Positions 23,130 through 36,575 of a stretch of 64,000 nucleotides of DNA are shown here, piece after piece; position 1 is the stretch's first letter; each line of letters begins with the position of its first letter. A model generated the notes under the pieces. It did no database searches and had not been told where the DNA came from. It saw only the letters and a list, made by a program, of their open reading frames with translations. The position numbers and the translations under genes are program-made. Source of the DNA: Octopus sinensis (Eukaryota); the NCBI RefSeq assembly GCF_006345805.1, contig NC_043015.1, positions 16,988,001-17,052,000 of the forward strand, in the 5' to 3' direction.

Positions 23130-25000
23130 TGGCCAAATCTAACTCAGTCCCATAGCAACCACTCTCACACCATCTTGCCCAGTTTGGGACATCTTCCCTT
23201 CTCAAGTCAAATCCTCCCAATCTCCTCCTCCACCTGTCCCCTCCACATTTTCCTTGGTCTACTTTGCTTTTGCCGTCCATTTACCTCAAACTGTAACACC
23301 CTCTTCAGAACATGCTCCTCATCCGTCCTCAACACATGCCTATACTACCACACTCCATTTGCCCTTGCCAGCCGTTCCACTGATTTCTCCAAACCCAGCA
23401 TCCTCATCAAGTTCTCAGTCCTCTTATCAAACAACCTCACACCACACATTTCTCTCACCATTGCTCCCTCAGTCCCTCTCAAAATTGCCATCTCTCTCTC
23501 TCAAACACCATGTTTCACTCTCATACAACATTGCAGCTCTCACACAACTCCTATAAACCTTTCCTTTCATCTTCAATGAAAACATTTTCCCATATAACAG
23601 GGGGCTCTGAAAGGAGTCTCAGAGAGTAGTGTCCCTGCCTTCCTGAGCTAGTCTTCCATCACATTTAAAAATTGTGGTTGAAGCCTTGGTCTCAGGACCA
23701 CTCATGTCTAGAAACTGAGGTCAGGGGTAAGCAAGGGCATACTCCTCATAGAAAATCCACCTACAAAATAGCCTCATGATAATAGTAAAGGAGAATGGGC
23801 ACCAGCTAGCCCAAAGGTTGGGGTGGGCTGCACCTGCCTACCTGAAAAAGGAAGGTGCAAACCCTCATCCTGGGTTGTGCAAGCATGACTTGCCTTATGA
23901 TGGCTGATGGCCTGAGGAGAAGCTTGGAGTGAGGCTGCGAAGTTGGAATGTGGGCAGTCTATATGGAAGGGGAAATGAGGTATGTGAGGAATTGAGGGGG
24001 GATGTGTGCTGTGTGCAGGAGATTAGGTGGAGGCGCCAGGGTGCAAGATTTATGGGGTTCAAGGGAAGAAGGTACAAGTTGTGGTGATTGGGAAATAGCA
24101 GGAGGCGTAGGAGTTTTGGTGAAGGAAGAAGTCTGTGAGAAGGTGGTGGAGGTCAGGAGAGAGTGACAGTAGTGTTAGCATTTGAGGAAAAAGTGGTGAG
24201 GGTCATTTGTGGGTATGGTCCACAAAGTGTGCATGCATGTGTGTGTGAATGTACATCTGTTGAAAGAGTTGAATACTATTTTGCTTTATAAGAAAAATGA
24301 CAAAAGAAGATCTGAGAAACTGTCACCCTCATTTACCTCTTGTCTCAACTCAGCAATCTGTTTATCAAGGTCATACTCACCACATTGTTGAAATAACTCA
24401 ACAACACCTGATGGAACAAGCAAGTTTTCAGAACTACCACACAATAGATTACATGTTTACATTAATGCAGCTTCTAGAATGAGTGTCATCTTTGTTGATT
24501 ATGAATAGGCCTTTGATGACAATAAGTTGAATGCTGAGCTGAAGTCTCTGGAGATGCAAGGAGCAGTGAGGTGAATTTAGAATGTACTACCAATGGAGCT
24601 CTGCTATCACCACCCATAAAAGTTCCAGTTAGAAAGGTCATCAAAAAAAGAGAAATGATCTCTCCAAAGTTCTTCCCCATATTTAAAAAAAAATGATCAT
24701 GAAAGAATTTCTTTAGGAAAGTGGCATCAACATCAGTGGCAAAGTACTAAACTCCAATTTTTAGACAACATTGTGCTCATTGCAGAAATCTCTGATCAAT
24801 TGCAGACTATACTGACAGAGCTGCATGCACATGGTTCAACAGTAGGCTTCTAAATAATCTGTATGAAAACAAAAATGTATGGGTCCAAAGACATTGTACA
24901 AGTCTGAATAGTGGTAGGAAGCAATGGAGTTGAGGAGGTGAAGGTATAAGTCTACTTGGAACAGACAGTAAATATATGCTGAAAAATGAATGCTGAATAA
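23130..25000. mobile_element. Cluster of old RTE-type LINE fragments (- at about 23130-23590; endonuclease/RT remnants on + at about 23900-25000)
   Basis: EQASFQNYHTIDYMFTLMQLLE resembles EQAGFR-GYSTIDHI; multiple stops and frameshifts. Confidence 0.55.
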
Positions 25001-25965
25001 ATGTAGAAGGAAGATGAGCTCAAAGCTTTTATACTGGAATAGGTAAGATAGTTCAGCAGAATCCAGGAAAAGATGACAGGTAAAGTTGGCAAGAACACAG
25101 GAAAGTGAGAGATATTTAGGGGTGAATCACTAGGAAGTGGTTTGGGAGAGGAGAGGTAACTGGTAACACAGAGGAAGGGTGATCAGTGGAAAATGTGAGT
25201 GGGGAGAGACGATGTTAAGAAAAAGGGATGTCAAATGGAAGTGGTTCTGCAGAGTGGGAGAATAACTGTTAACACAAATTATGCAGTTCTGCTCTCATTT
25301 AATTACAACAGCAGAATTCTACTTTAGCTAGGAGAGATGAGAGGGTGGGTAAGGCTTGACAAGGACTCCCAATTGTGTGTATATACAAAGCTTTTAGAAC
25401 CTCATTGACTGGGTCTTCTTGAGTATCATGTTTCTCCATTTATCACAGTCCTTTGTCATCTCTACGAGGCTCAACATCCAGAAAATGGCCAATACTTCAT
25501 ACCTCATTTTACTGGATCTTCCTCTTCCACAGGTACAATCTACATTGAGTAGCAATTCTTTATACAGTTGCCTTCATCCATATGTCACAAGCTTTTACCA
25601 ATGCATTCTTCTCTTGCATGCTACATTTGATTTCTTTCTTTTTTTACTTAATTTTTCTCTCTACACATAAGTACTTTGTTTATATACACTGAAATTGTAC
25701 ATCCATTGTTGCACACTTGCTCCATTTCTTTCTACCATACATCATAATCTGAGTGAGGAGTATTTTGTTATCAACAGTACTAATAGCTCTCTGAACTTAA
25801 TCCAGCCTGTTCTTAATGTGACAGCTAAACTTTCAGAACATCCTCATCCACTAGATAACAGAAGCTATCAGCTGCCTCAAAAGTGGCATGTGAAAAAGTC
25901 TATTTCCTGTGCACTTTTATCACTCCAGTGCATAGAAAAGTCTACTTTCTCTTTCAATGGGCATT

Positions 25966-25989
<24 letters not shown>

Positions 25990-26007
<18 letters not shown>

Positions 26008-26470
26008 TGCATTTTCCATTCATTTGCAGTGCACTATGAAAGCATGTCTGGATTTCTCGGCATATTCTGACATGCTGCATGAGCTTTGTAAACAAAAGGC
26101 TTGTTCATATAGTGTTGTTTATTTCCAGTCTAATAACTTTCTATATTCCACAGTTATTTTTAATTTCATCCAACTCTTCCATCCTATCAAAACTGGTAAA
26201 TGTATTATCACAGCATTCGACACACTCTGTTCATACTCTTTTCATACATTTAAAAATTACATTCTCCCATGCTGCTGCAACATTTTTGATGCTCTGAAGC
26301 AGGTTGTACCTTTTCCAGACGGATCTCAAATCTATCCCCTTGTCATCTGTTGATACTATAGCCTGAGCAAATGTTGGTTGCAAATAAAAAGCTTTAACTA
26401 CTGCTATAACATCCACGCTTATTAATTGAAAGACAGAAGTGGCATATGTACTACTCTTACATTTGGCTGG
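25990..26470 (-). mobile_element. pogo/Tigger transposase fragment
   Basis: MDVIAVVKAFYLQPTF...WKRYNLLQSIKNVAAAWENV...MKRV matches the Tigger DDE C-terminal part. Confidence 0.7.
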
Positions 26471-26512
26471 ATGTCATGGATATGGGCACATGTACAGGTA
26501 CATTGTCTAGAG

Positions 26513-26765
26513 CCGTGGTTCTGAACTTGGGTTCATATGACCCTTAGGAGTCCACATAAGATTTTGTTGTTAAAATTTATCTGCAATAAATTGGTTATAT
26601 TTCTACAAAACACAAAATATTTTAGGCAATTTTTTAATACTTTTCCTAATATTTAATTATAAAAATATAACAGGAGTTTTTTAAACATCAAATAGGTACG
26701 AGGGTTCGCCTGAGTAAAATAAGAATTAAAGGGGTCCATAGGTAAAAAATATTTGAGAACCACTG
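26513..26765. mobile_element. hAT Charlie-type MITE with 8-bp TSD
   Basis: gtctagag|ccgtggttct...gagaaccactg|atctagag; NTCTAGAN is the known Charlie target preference. Confidence 0.85.
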
Positions 26766-27519
26766 ATCTAGAGTTAATGAAATCTTGAACAGGATTTCTT
26801 TTCAAAGCAGTATTTTGGTACATTTGGAATAAAACAATTTAAAAATCTTCTTTGATGGACAGGCGGTGTTTTCATTGCTTTTAAATGCATATGGGTTTTC
26901 GAAACAATAAATTAGAAATGGTTTAGAAAAGTTTATCTTCAGCTAAATTTCTTTTTAATAACAGAGTTATCCAATCCTTAAATCTTTAAATCCAAGCATA
27001 GTTTTTAGCTCTTTGTGAATGTGTTTTTTCATGCATCCTCTTCCATTATAAGATGCTCTTGCCCTCACTGAAAATATGTTCTGCTGAATATGTCCTTTCT
27101 AATTAATTTATCCAAAAGTTTTAATAAACTTCATGGCTACTAAAACATTGGCACTGGGTTCAGATCCACTGCATGACACCTTTTACTATAGCTGACCAAA
27201 GCCTTGTAAGTGGATTTGGTTTCAGGAAACTGAAAGAAGTCCATCATATACATGTGTGTGTGTGTCTGTTGCCCATCACTGCTTGACAACCACTGTTGGT
27301 GTGTTTATGTCCATATAACTTAGTGGTTCAGAAGAAGAGACTGATAGAATAGATACCAGGCTTAGAAAAAAAAGTACTGGGGTCAATTTGTTCAACTAAA
27401 CTTCTTTAAGGTGGTACCCCAGCATGGCTGCAGTCTAATGACCGAAACAAGTGTCTATATCAATCTGTCTATCTATATCTTATCCTATAACTTTAAAACT
27501 GAAGTGGTAGGTTGGGCTA

Positions 27520-27710
27520 TCTTTATATATAAAAGTGAAGTTGTGTGTCTGTCTCCTACGATTTAGATTCCTAACTATTCCCACAGTTTGCAGTGCAGTT
27601 TAACCAAAAGCGGGTATTTATAGTCGTGATTCATATCGAGCCCTTCTGGGTATTAGCGCGCGTCTACGATTTAAAAAAAAATTTACCATCACTTTTTCCC
27701 ATTTTTAACT
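27520..27710 (+). mobile_element. Helitron 5' end fragment, same family as 59592 and 60098
   Basis: A|TCTTTATATATAAAAG..., near-identical to 60098 onward (gatttagattcctaact...gtattagcgcgcgtctacgat); cut off by an RTE fragment. Confidence 0.8.
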
Positions 27711-27711
27711 G

Positions 27712-29111
27712 TGAAGCCAGAAGGCTGCATCGGCCCAGTCTGATCTGGCAGTGTTTCTACGGCTGGATGCCCTTCCTAATGCCAACCACTCCTTGAGTGT
27801 AGTAGGTGCTTTTTACGTGCCAGACGGAGCTGGCAAACAGCCACGGATGGATGGTGCTTTTTACGTGCCACTGGCACGGAGGCCAGTCGGGGCGGTGCTG
27901 GCAACGGCCACGATCGGATGGTTCACTTACTTGTCACCGGCACTGGTATCACAGCTGCAATTTCCATTGATGTTGATCGACTTCGATTTTGGTTCTGCTT
28001 TCTGATATCTGATTTGATTTTGATTTTCACTTGCCTCAATGGGTCTTCACAAGTGGAGTTTTATGACCCAAGAAGGAAAGGTATGTATAAGTCGATTGGC
28101 TACATACCAGGTAGAGGCCACGGGTTATGGTCTCACTAGTCTTGCCGGGTCTTCTCACGCACAGCATACTTCCATAGGTCTCGGTCTCTAGTCATTTCAT
28201 TGGTGAGACCTAAAGTTCGAAGGTCATGCTTCACCACCTCGTCCCAGGTTTTCCTGGGTCTACCTCTTCCACAGGTTCCCTCAACCGCTAGGGTGTGGCA
28301 CTTTTGCACACAACTATCTTCAGCCATTCTCATCACATGACCATACCAGTGCAAACGTCTCTCTTGCACACCACAACTGATGCTTCTTAGGTCCAACTTT
28401 TCTCTCAAGGTACTTACACTCTGTCGAGTATGAACACTGACATTACACATCCATCGGAGCAAACTGGCTTCATTTCTTGCGAGCTTACGCATATCCTCAG
28501 CAGTCACAGCCCATGTTTCACTACCATGTAGCATGGCTGTTCGTACACATGCATCATACAGTCTGCCTTTTACTCTGAGCGAGAGGCCTTTTGTCACCAG
28601 CAGGGGTAAGAGCTCTCTGAACTTTGCCCAGGTTATTCTTACTCTAGCAGTTACACTTTCAGCACACCCACCCCCTGACTTGGTCACCTAGGTAGCGGAA
28701 GTTATCAACTACTTCTAGTTTTTCTCCCTGGAACATGGTAGAAGTTGGTCTCTGCACATTTTCAGTGTTTATTGCTCCTGAGCATCTGCCACAAACAAAA
28801 ACTATTTTCCTAGTTAGCCTTCCTTTGACATTGCTGCACCTCTTATGTGTCCATAGCTTACACTTGGTGCATCTTATAGAGTTTCTACCTACAACTTTTC
28901 TACAGATCGAGCAGGACCATCTACCTGAAGGCGTTTGTGATTGGTCTACCTTCCTACTTATTAGGACTTTGGTTTTGGCTAGATTGATTCTAAGGCCCTT
29001 CAATTCTAATCCTTGCTTCCACACCTGAAACTTCTCCTCCAGTTCTGATAGTGACTCAGCAATTAGAGCAAGGTCATCAGCATAGAGGAGCTCCCAGGGG
29101 CATCCTGGCAA
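27712..29111 (-). mobile_element. RTE-clade LINE fragment (RT palm to 3'UTR) with an in-frame PHD finger
   Basis: ORFs 28659-29111 (LLYADD...VVDNFRYLG) and 28136-28687 (HGSETW, WYGHV, RGRPRKTW), separated by a 4-nt deletion near 28675. Confidence 0.92.
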
Positions 29112-31969
29112 AAAAGCAGCCTACCTCACACACATATATTAACCTGACTTTTGCAGAAAATTCAAACTGATGAATCCATAATTTCAGCAGAAATTCCAAA
29201 CTCCACAAAAGACAAAGAACTTTATGAAATTGTAAAATCGGACATGGATCATGGCCCATTTGGTGATCTCAACCCAACTGCACTTTGCATGAAAGACAAG
29301 AAGTGTATGAAACATTATCCTAAAAATTTCATAAAAGAAATGCAAATGAGTAATGATGGATATCCATCATACAGAAGAAGGGCACCACAAGATGGAGGTT
29401 TTGAAACAAAATTGGTCACCATACAATTGGTAATCAATGGATAGTGTCTTACTACCCACTTTTGTCTAAGACATTCAATGCTCACATAAATGTAGAATAT
29501 GGTAATTTTATAAAGTCGATTGAGTACATTTGTAAATATGTTACTATTGGTTCTGATGCTGCAATGTTCACCTTTCAATAAGACATTTCAAGAGAAAGTG
29601 ACACACTTGCAAATGGGGTGGAATATTTGTAGCAATGAGGCTTTTGGGGGGGATATTTGGCTTCCCTATTCATGAACGATATCCTCCTGAGAAAGAACTC
29701 TGTTCATTTAGAGAATGGGCAAAGAATATATTTCACTACAAAAACTGCTATTCAACAATCCCTATCTCCAAGAGAAACTACATTAACAGCATTTTTCAAA
29801 CTTTGCCAGAAAGACTCTTTCACTAAAACCCTGTTGTACTATCAATTACCGTCATATTATACATAGAACAAAAAACAATGGAATCGCAGAAAAAGAGGCA
29901 CTAAGGTTGATGGTTATCTTGATATCTGATTTGACAATGTTCTGGGAAGAGTTTATACTGTGCATCCAACTCAGCAGGAATATTGTTATATACAGTTGCT
30001 TCTCCATGAAATTCGTGGTCCCACATCTTTTATTGACCTTCGAACTGTGATGGTTATATTTGTGCTTCTAATAGAGAAATAGCTTTTAAGTTAAGTTTGT
30101 TACAGGGTGATAGTCATTGGATGGTAGGTATGTCAGAGGTTTCCGTGTCTTGCACAGGAGGCAATTTAAGAACATTGTTTGCCATTCTCCTTAAATACTG
30201 TGATTTAGGGGATCCAGCATCAATATGGCTAAGATACAGAAATTATCTTGCGGAAGATTACAAAATCCAAAATTCAATTACAATGTCCTGTCACAAAAAT
30301 AGAATACAGTGATGAAATCTACAATACTGCTTTAATTGCCACTGAAGACAAAGTTGTTTCTATGAAAGAGAATGAATTATATGAATATAGACTTCTTTAT
30401 ACCAATAGTTCTGCACTTGATAGTTTAACAACATATCTATTAAATGAAACTTCCTACAACATTGAAGACCTCTCAAGATATGTCAGTGAAAATGAACCTA
30501 AATAGCTGCCTGAACAAAAAGTATTCTACAATACTATACACGAAAGGGTTTTTGATCAAATGGCAGGGCTTTTTTCTCTTGATGCATCTGCAGGAACTGG
30601 CAAAACATTTGTCACTAAGCTTTTACTTACCACAGTGTGACAAGAGAAAAAAATAGCTTTGCCTGTTGCTTCTTCAGGTATTATTGCTACTTTACTTCCA
30701 GGAGGAAGAACAGCTCACTCTTTCAAGTTGCCCTCGAATATAGCTAGCATTGAGACACCAGTTTGTAATATTAACAAAACATCTGGGATTGGACAAATAC
30801 TAAAGAAGTGTCATCTCATTATTTGGGATGAATGTATGATGGTCAAAAACGTCTTTGGAAGCTCTGAATCGAAGCTAGCAAGATTTAAGAAATCTAAATT
30901 ATTGTATTCTCAGGAGACTTTCGTCAGGCTTTGCCTGTAATTCCAAAAGGCACTTAAGGCAGATGAGTTAACAGTGTGCTTGAAGTCCTCCTATTTGTGG
31001 AGACATGTAATAGAGAGCTATTCTTTCAGGCAATGATTTGTCTGAAGAATTTGCTCAAACTTGGAGAAGGTAAGGTACCCCTAGATGAAAATCAGTGTTT
31101 AGATATAACTCTAATTAGTATATCAGTTTCATCTCTCAATGAACTAATAGCAAGTGTTTTTCCAAATTTTCAAGACCACCAACAAAACCATAAGTACTTA
31201 CGTGAAAGGGCAAAACTTGCACCAAAAAATATCAACTGTCAACACCATAAACAATAATTTATTGGACTGCATTTCAGGAAATACACAGACTTACAAATCT
31301 ATAGATTCAGTTCCAGATCCTGTAGAGACTGTCAATTATCCTGTTGAATTCTTAAATTCTTTAGAACCTTTTGGGTTTCCACCACATCGACTTCTCTTAA
31401 AGGTTGGAGCCATCATCATGCTACTATGGAACCTTGATCAGCCTTGGTTATGTAATGACACTAGACTGGTAGTTAAACAATTAATACCTCATATTATTCA
31501 GGCTACTGTTTTGACTGGGTGTTTTACAGGAGAAGAGGAACTTATACCAAGAATACTTTTGATTCCATTTGACACAGAAATACATTTTGTATTCAAGAGG
31601 CTACAATTTCCAGTGAAACTCAGCTTTGCTATGTCTATAAATAAATCCCAGGGACAAACATTACCTGTTGTTGGGCTACAACTCAAAGAACATTGTTTTT
31701 CTCATGGGCAACTGTATGTAGCATGTACAAGAGTTGGAAGTCCACACAATCTTTTTACATATGCTCCATCTGGAAAAACATGGAACATTGTTTATAAGGA
31801 AGTTCTAGATTTACAATAAATAGTAAATAAGATGAACAAATAACACAATTAAGAGGTGAAAGGACATGGGCTGAAAATAGGAGTCTTAAAAATGAAATGT
31901 AAAAATGTATTTAGCATGGCAAAACAGTGTTGTATGGTGGTTGGCTCCAGAGTAACACCAGGTAACCCT

Positions 31970-32004
<35 letters not shown>

Positions 32005-33538
32005 GATGGAAGTGGAAACAACACAGAAGTAAATTTAGGATTCTTTTTAATTAAAAAAAAATAAAATGGTTTTTTATAAAATATTACTGGTTTTGGTGAT
32101 GTTCATATCAAATATTAACATATAAAATTCAGGAATCAAGAATTAAAATTAGAACTCTTAAGTTAAAACAGTTTTTACTCATGTTCTATTGTTAACAACA
32201 TATTTATTAAATGAAACTTCATATGACATTGAAGACCTCTCCAGATATGTTAGTGAAAAGTGAACCTAATTTGTTGCCCGAACAAAAAGTATTCTACAAT
32301 AATATACTTGAAAGAGATTTTGATCATATTCAAAAGTTTCCTTTTAGATACAATTTGTTTGTACAGAGTTTGGCATAAATTTCAAGGGGTTAGAACTGAA
32401 TAGGTTTCTTTTCTATTATGTTCAGAGAATGGTCAGCTGTGGAGTGTGTGATTGTCAAACTAATTTATATGTATATTTATATAAGGTAGATGTTAGACAT
32501 AAATCACTTATGAAGAACTAAAATTAAATATACATGCTCTACTTTTACATATTGAATCCTATTTCTCTTGTGTGTACCACCAAACTTCTCTTTGTGTGTA
32601 TATAATTTTATGGTGACCAGGGTAAAAATGTGGTGAATCAACTCTTGCATGACTTTGAAATTGTGTATATGTCTGTAGACTCTAATTTAAATCCAATAGA
32701 AACTAAACTATATCAGCAAGTTTCTTAACTGCCTGGAACTACCTGGTGTGTCACATCACAGATTCACAATGAAGAGCAGATCCTGTTATTCTTTGCAGGA
32801 AATTAGATGCTCCATGTTCATAGAATGGTACAAGTTTGGAACATTTGGTTTTCTAATACAAATGTTTAGTGAAGTTTCATATAAATACACTGCATAACTT
32901 TTACAAGTTTTATACTTCTCCACTTTCTATGTTTTAAATACCAGGCATTACAATTCCACAAATAAAAAGTTTTTCAAAATTGCAATTGCTCATCACTTTT
33001 TTGTCCTACTTAATTTTCAAGTTATGTATGGTAACTATCTTAATGTTCCAGATTTTTTTAGAAGTACATGTTTCAAATATAAGAGATCATGATTCCATGC
33101 AAAAATTAGGGCTAGCATTGGGGTTTGGGTTTAGGATTTAATATTAGGGTTAGTATTGTAGTTTAGATTTTAGGGATAAAATTAGGATTAGGATCTTGAG
33201 TTAAGTTTTAAGGTAAGAGCTGAGGGTTAGTATTTAATGTTAGGGCTTTGTGTTAGCACTTAGGATTACAATTTTGAGTTAGGGTAAGGGTTAGTTTAAG
33301 CAGAAATTGAAAAGGGATTCAAAAGATTTGAATTTGTGTACAAATTTTTTACAGAATTGAACTTACATATGTTTGGAATATGGATATCAAACTAAAAATA
33401 AAAAGGCATAGAAAATGGTCTTAGTCCAACATGTCATTGTTTTTTTTTGAAAATATTTACTCTAAGATAAAGACCTTTACGATGTTACTGTTAATTCTCT
33501 GAGTTATTAACTTGGACAATGCCAGGTATTTCAGCTAG
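29112..33538 (+). mobile_element. Degenerate autonomous-type Helitron (Rep + PIF1-like helicase) with 3' terminus
   Basis: Rep: HGPFG..NP...CMKHYPK...DGYPSYRRR, HINVEY, IFGFPIHERYP, VHLENGQ. Helicase: [61 protein letters not shown] (stop at 31819). 3' end cttggacaatgccagg...CTAG|T. Confidence 0.9.
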
Positions 33539-33976
33539 TATATATATAAAAAAGACATTATAATTTCCCACTGATGTAAAATACAATTAAGTAAAAAGAA
33601 ATACTCAACACTGTTAGGTAGAGTGGAATAATATTTATTCAAAGTCAAATTGCTGTGGGGTTAGGGTTCTTGTTCCTAATCCTGTTTAAGTTACACTGGA
33701 AGCAAATACTGATTCCACATATGGACATAAAACAATGAGCAAAAAAGTATAAAATTTATAAAAACTTTTTATAAAACCAATTCTGCAGATAAGGTGAGTG
33801 TTTTTATAGACAAGATTCTATGAAAAACAACAAGGCCCTTGTTGTTTATGTATGAAGGCACAAGTGACTAGAGAGAAATTTTTTAAATTTGCAATATTTG
33901 GGTTTTTTATCTTTAGATGTGGTTTATGATTGTGGATATGAATAGTACATGTATTCTTTATTGTCTGCATCTTTAA

Positions 33977-34187
33977 CCCTTTAACATTTAATCTGGCCAT
34001 ATCCAGCCCAAATATTCTATTTGTTTTACATTAAAACTGACCAGATCCAATGTCTCAAACCTACACTACAATGTCATTCTAAAAATATACAAACACACTA
34101 CTGAAATCTTGAAGTTACAATTAGATAAATTCAAAACAATGTGAATAAATAAGCATTACATTTGACAAAAATCTAATTGCCAAAGAG
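33977..34187. mobile_element. piggyBac-type MITE
   Basis: TTAA|cccttt...aaagag|TTAA; reverse-oriented relative at 48089-48308. Confidence 0.7.
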
Positions 34188-35599
34188 TTAACTAAATGGT
34201 TATTGACACTCGATATGTTGGAGGTAGAGTTTTATTTGGATATTGTGTTTTGCAATAGTTTGAAGTCTATCATGCCAAGTATAGCTCAATAAGGTCAGAT
34301 TCTAGCTTATCTTGTACATGTTCATATATATGTGGTATAGTGCATATACATACATGTTCATGCACATATGCACATCTAAATATGGTGATACATAAAACAA
34401 AAAATTCACTCTCCTACATATATACACATTCATGCACATATATACATACATGTGTGTGTTTACACACACACACACAGTGGACCTTCATTAAATCAAACTT
34501 AGTTAAGCCAGATAGAAGATAAACTGGACAAAATCGGAGTTAAGAAAATGATTGTCAGTTTTGACTTGTGCCAGCAGCTTTGAGTCTGTGTTGTGAGGGT
34601 GAATATTGTAGTTGTGCTATTTGAGTTCCTAACACCAGCCAAAGATGATAAACTCATCAAAAATGTTGCGATTAGTCAATAATAAAATCACAGATTATAA
34701 TGGAAAACTACCTTTTCTGTTCCACTATATTTAAAATAGTGTTCTGAGCTGGCCCTAAAAGACCTCACAGTTCACTGTATCATAATATGGTGTTGGAGGA
34801 ATGGTACAATAAAATAGGAGTCTAAGAAAAATAAGGACTGAAAGCAAACAACATTTCACCAGTACTTAAATTATCATCTACCATTTACTCCTTTGAGAAG
34901 TAACTTTTCTTTGTAATTCCCAAATATTTAAATTTATTCACTCTTCCTCTCCCTGTTTATATTCTGCCTGTTACATATATATAACAAACTCTTTCTTTTT
35001 CACCCCCTTTAATAAACAAAATGTTTTCATGGTGAGAAATTGTATGCATAAAATTTATTTGAAATTTATTAACTGAAACATTTTCTTTATAATAATAATT
35101 ATGTTCTTGTAGTATAATATGAGCTGACTGTATCTTCTTTAGAAAAATATTCATTCATAAGAATGTCAGATCAAACTGGTCAAAAGTCTGTATGTGTTTT
35201 TTTTTTTAGTATCCTCTGCTAGTCTAGAAGATTCAGCAGTGACGCAATGCACACTGGGAAAAAAACCACCATATGTAACAGAGCTTAATATAGGTTAACC
35301 TGAAATTTTCATTAATAATTCAAGGATTAGACATTTTCATCCTTGTATCTTATACCATTGCTTCAAGGAAGAGCTTATATCACTTTCTGTTGACAAGTCA
35401 ATATGTGATCCTGTAAACAAAAAACTAGAACTTAGAAGTTACAGGGTGGTGATTGAGTAGCATTTGCAAAGAGATTATGAAAAGTATGGTATTAGAGAGC
35501 AGTTTTGGATGAACACAAACTCACTTAAAGACTTGGAATATAATGTTGATGCAAATGCCAAATCATCTTTTTTGTTGCAAAGAAACGAGGCAGTGATGA

Positions 35600-36560
35600 A
35601 GTGGTTTATCTCTAATAATTGTGTAACATCTGCAGTTCGGAAATTCAAAATACTGCTGCCAAGCTAGCTAAGCAGAAGGACATCAAGAATCTTGGTGCTT
35701 GTAAAGGGTGGTTATGGCAATTTCTAAATTGCCAGAAAATAGGCAATAAAATTACCCATGATGAAGGAGGTAGTATGTGAACTGAAGAAATTAACCTATT
35801 GGGAAGAGGTTAAATGACAGGTACATATAAAAGACTTTTAATTTCCTAAATCTATAACAGGGATGGAGTTAGATTTCATTGATGGTCACTACCTTGGAAT
35901 ACCCAAGCTATTAAGAACGAAGCACTCTATAACTGGTTATAAATTAAGTAAAGAATATTTGCCAGTTGCATGAATGCAGAGCGTGTGTACTTTTTAAAGT
36001 AAGTAGTGGTGGGAAGGTCTGTACATCCATGAGTTTTCAAAGACAATGCACCAGCTACCAATGCATGATTTCCATTTTAAGAAACAATTAGGTTAATGTT
36101 CAGATTCTCAACAACTGGTTTTTCATTCCTAGAGTACATAAATTTGAGGAAAATGTCCTCAAACAACTTTCTACTGATGAGGTAAAGGTACAGTTAATTT
36201 GGGACAAAGCATAAGTTCTTCCAGATGGTCACCAATTTGTCAGTAATGATGGAAAAAATAAGGTTCATGTTCTTGTCATCCCATGTTACTCACAATCCAG
36301 CCAATGGATCAAGATATAATTGTTGTCTGCAAACACTTATATTCATGAAAATATTTGGATGAAATTCTTGGGGTGCTAGAAGAGGACAATATGAAGGAAA
36401 GTATACAAGGCACTGAAGATAACCTCTCACATCAATGTTTGGAACAACATCTGAATGATGTTGAGGTATAAAATGATTCTGAGGGATCTGATGCAAGTGA
36501 TTTTCATCATAAACTTTTGAGGGAAAGCAAATCAAACAGATTTCTGTCCAGAACTTGTGT
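35600..36560 (+). mobile_element. Highly degenerate pogo/Tigger transposase
   Basis: KGWLWQFLN..KIGNKITHDEG (CENP-B-type HTH end), GYKLSKE, SNDGKNKV; many stops and frameshifts. Confidence 0.6.
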
Positions 36561-36575
36561 TGAAAACACAGAAGA

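Noticed and set aside
33100-33300. True telomere or chromosome-fusion site
   Set aside because: The TTAGGG-like units are few, highly degenerate and inside a Helitron 3' region.
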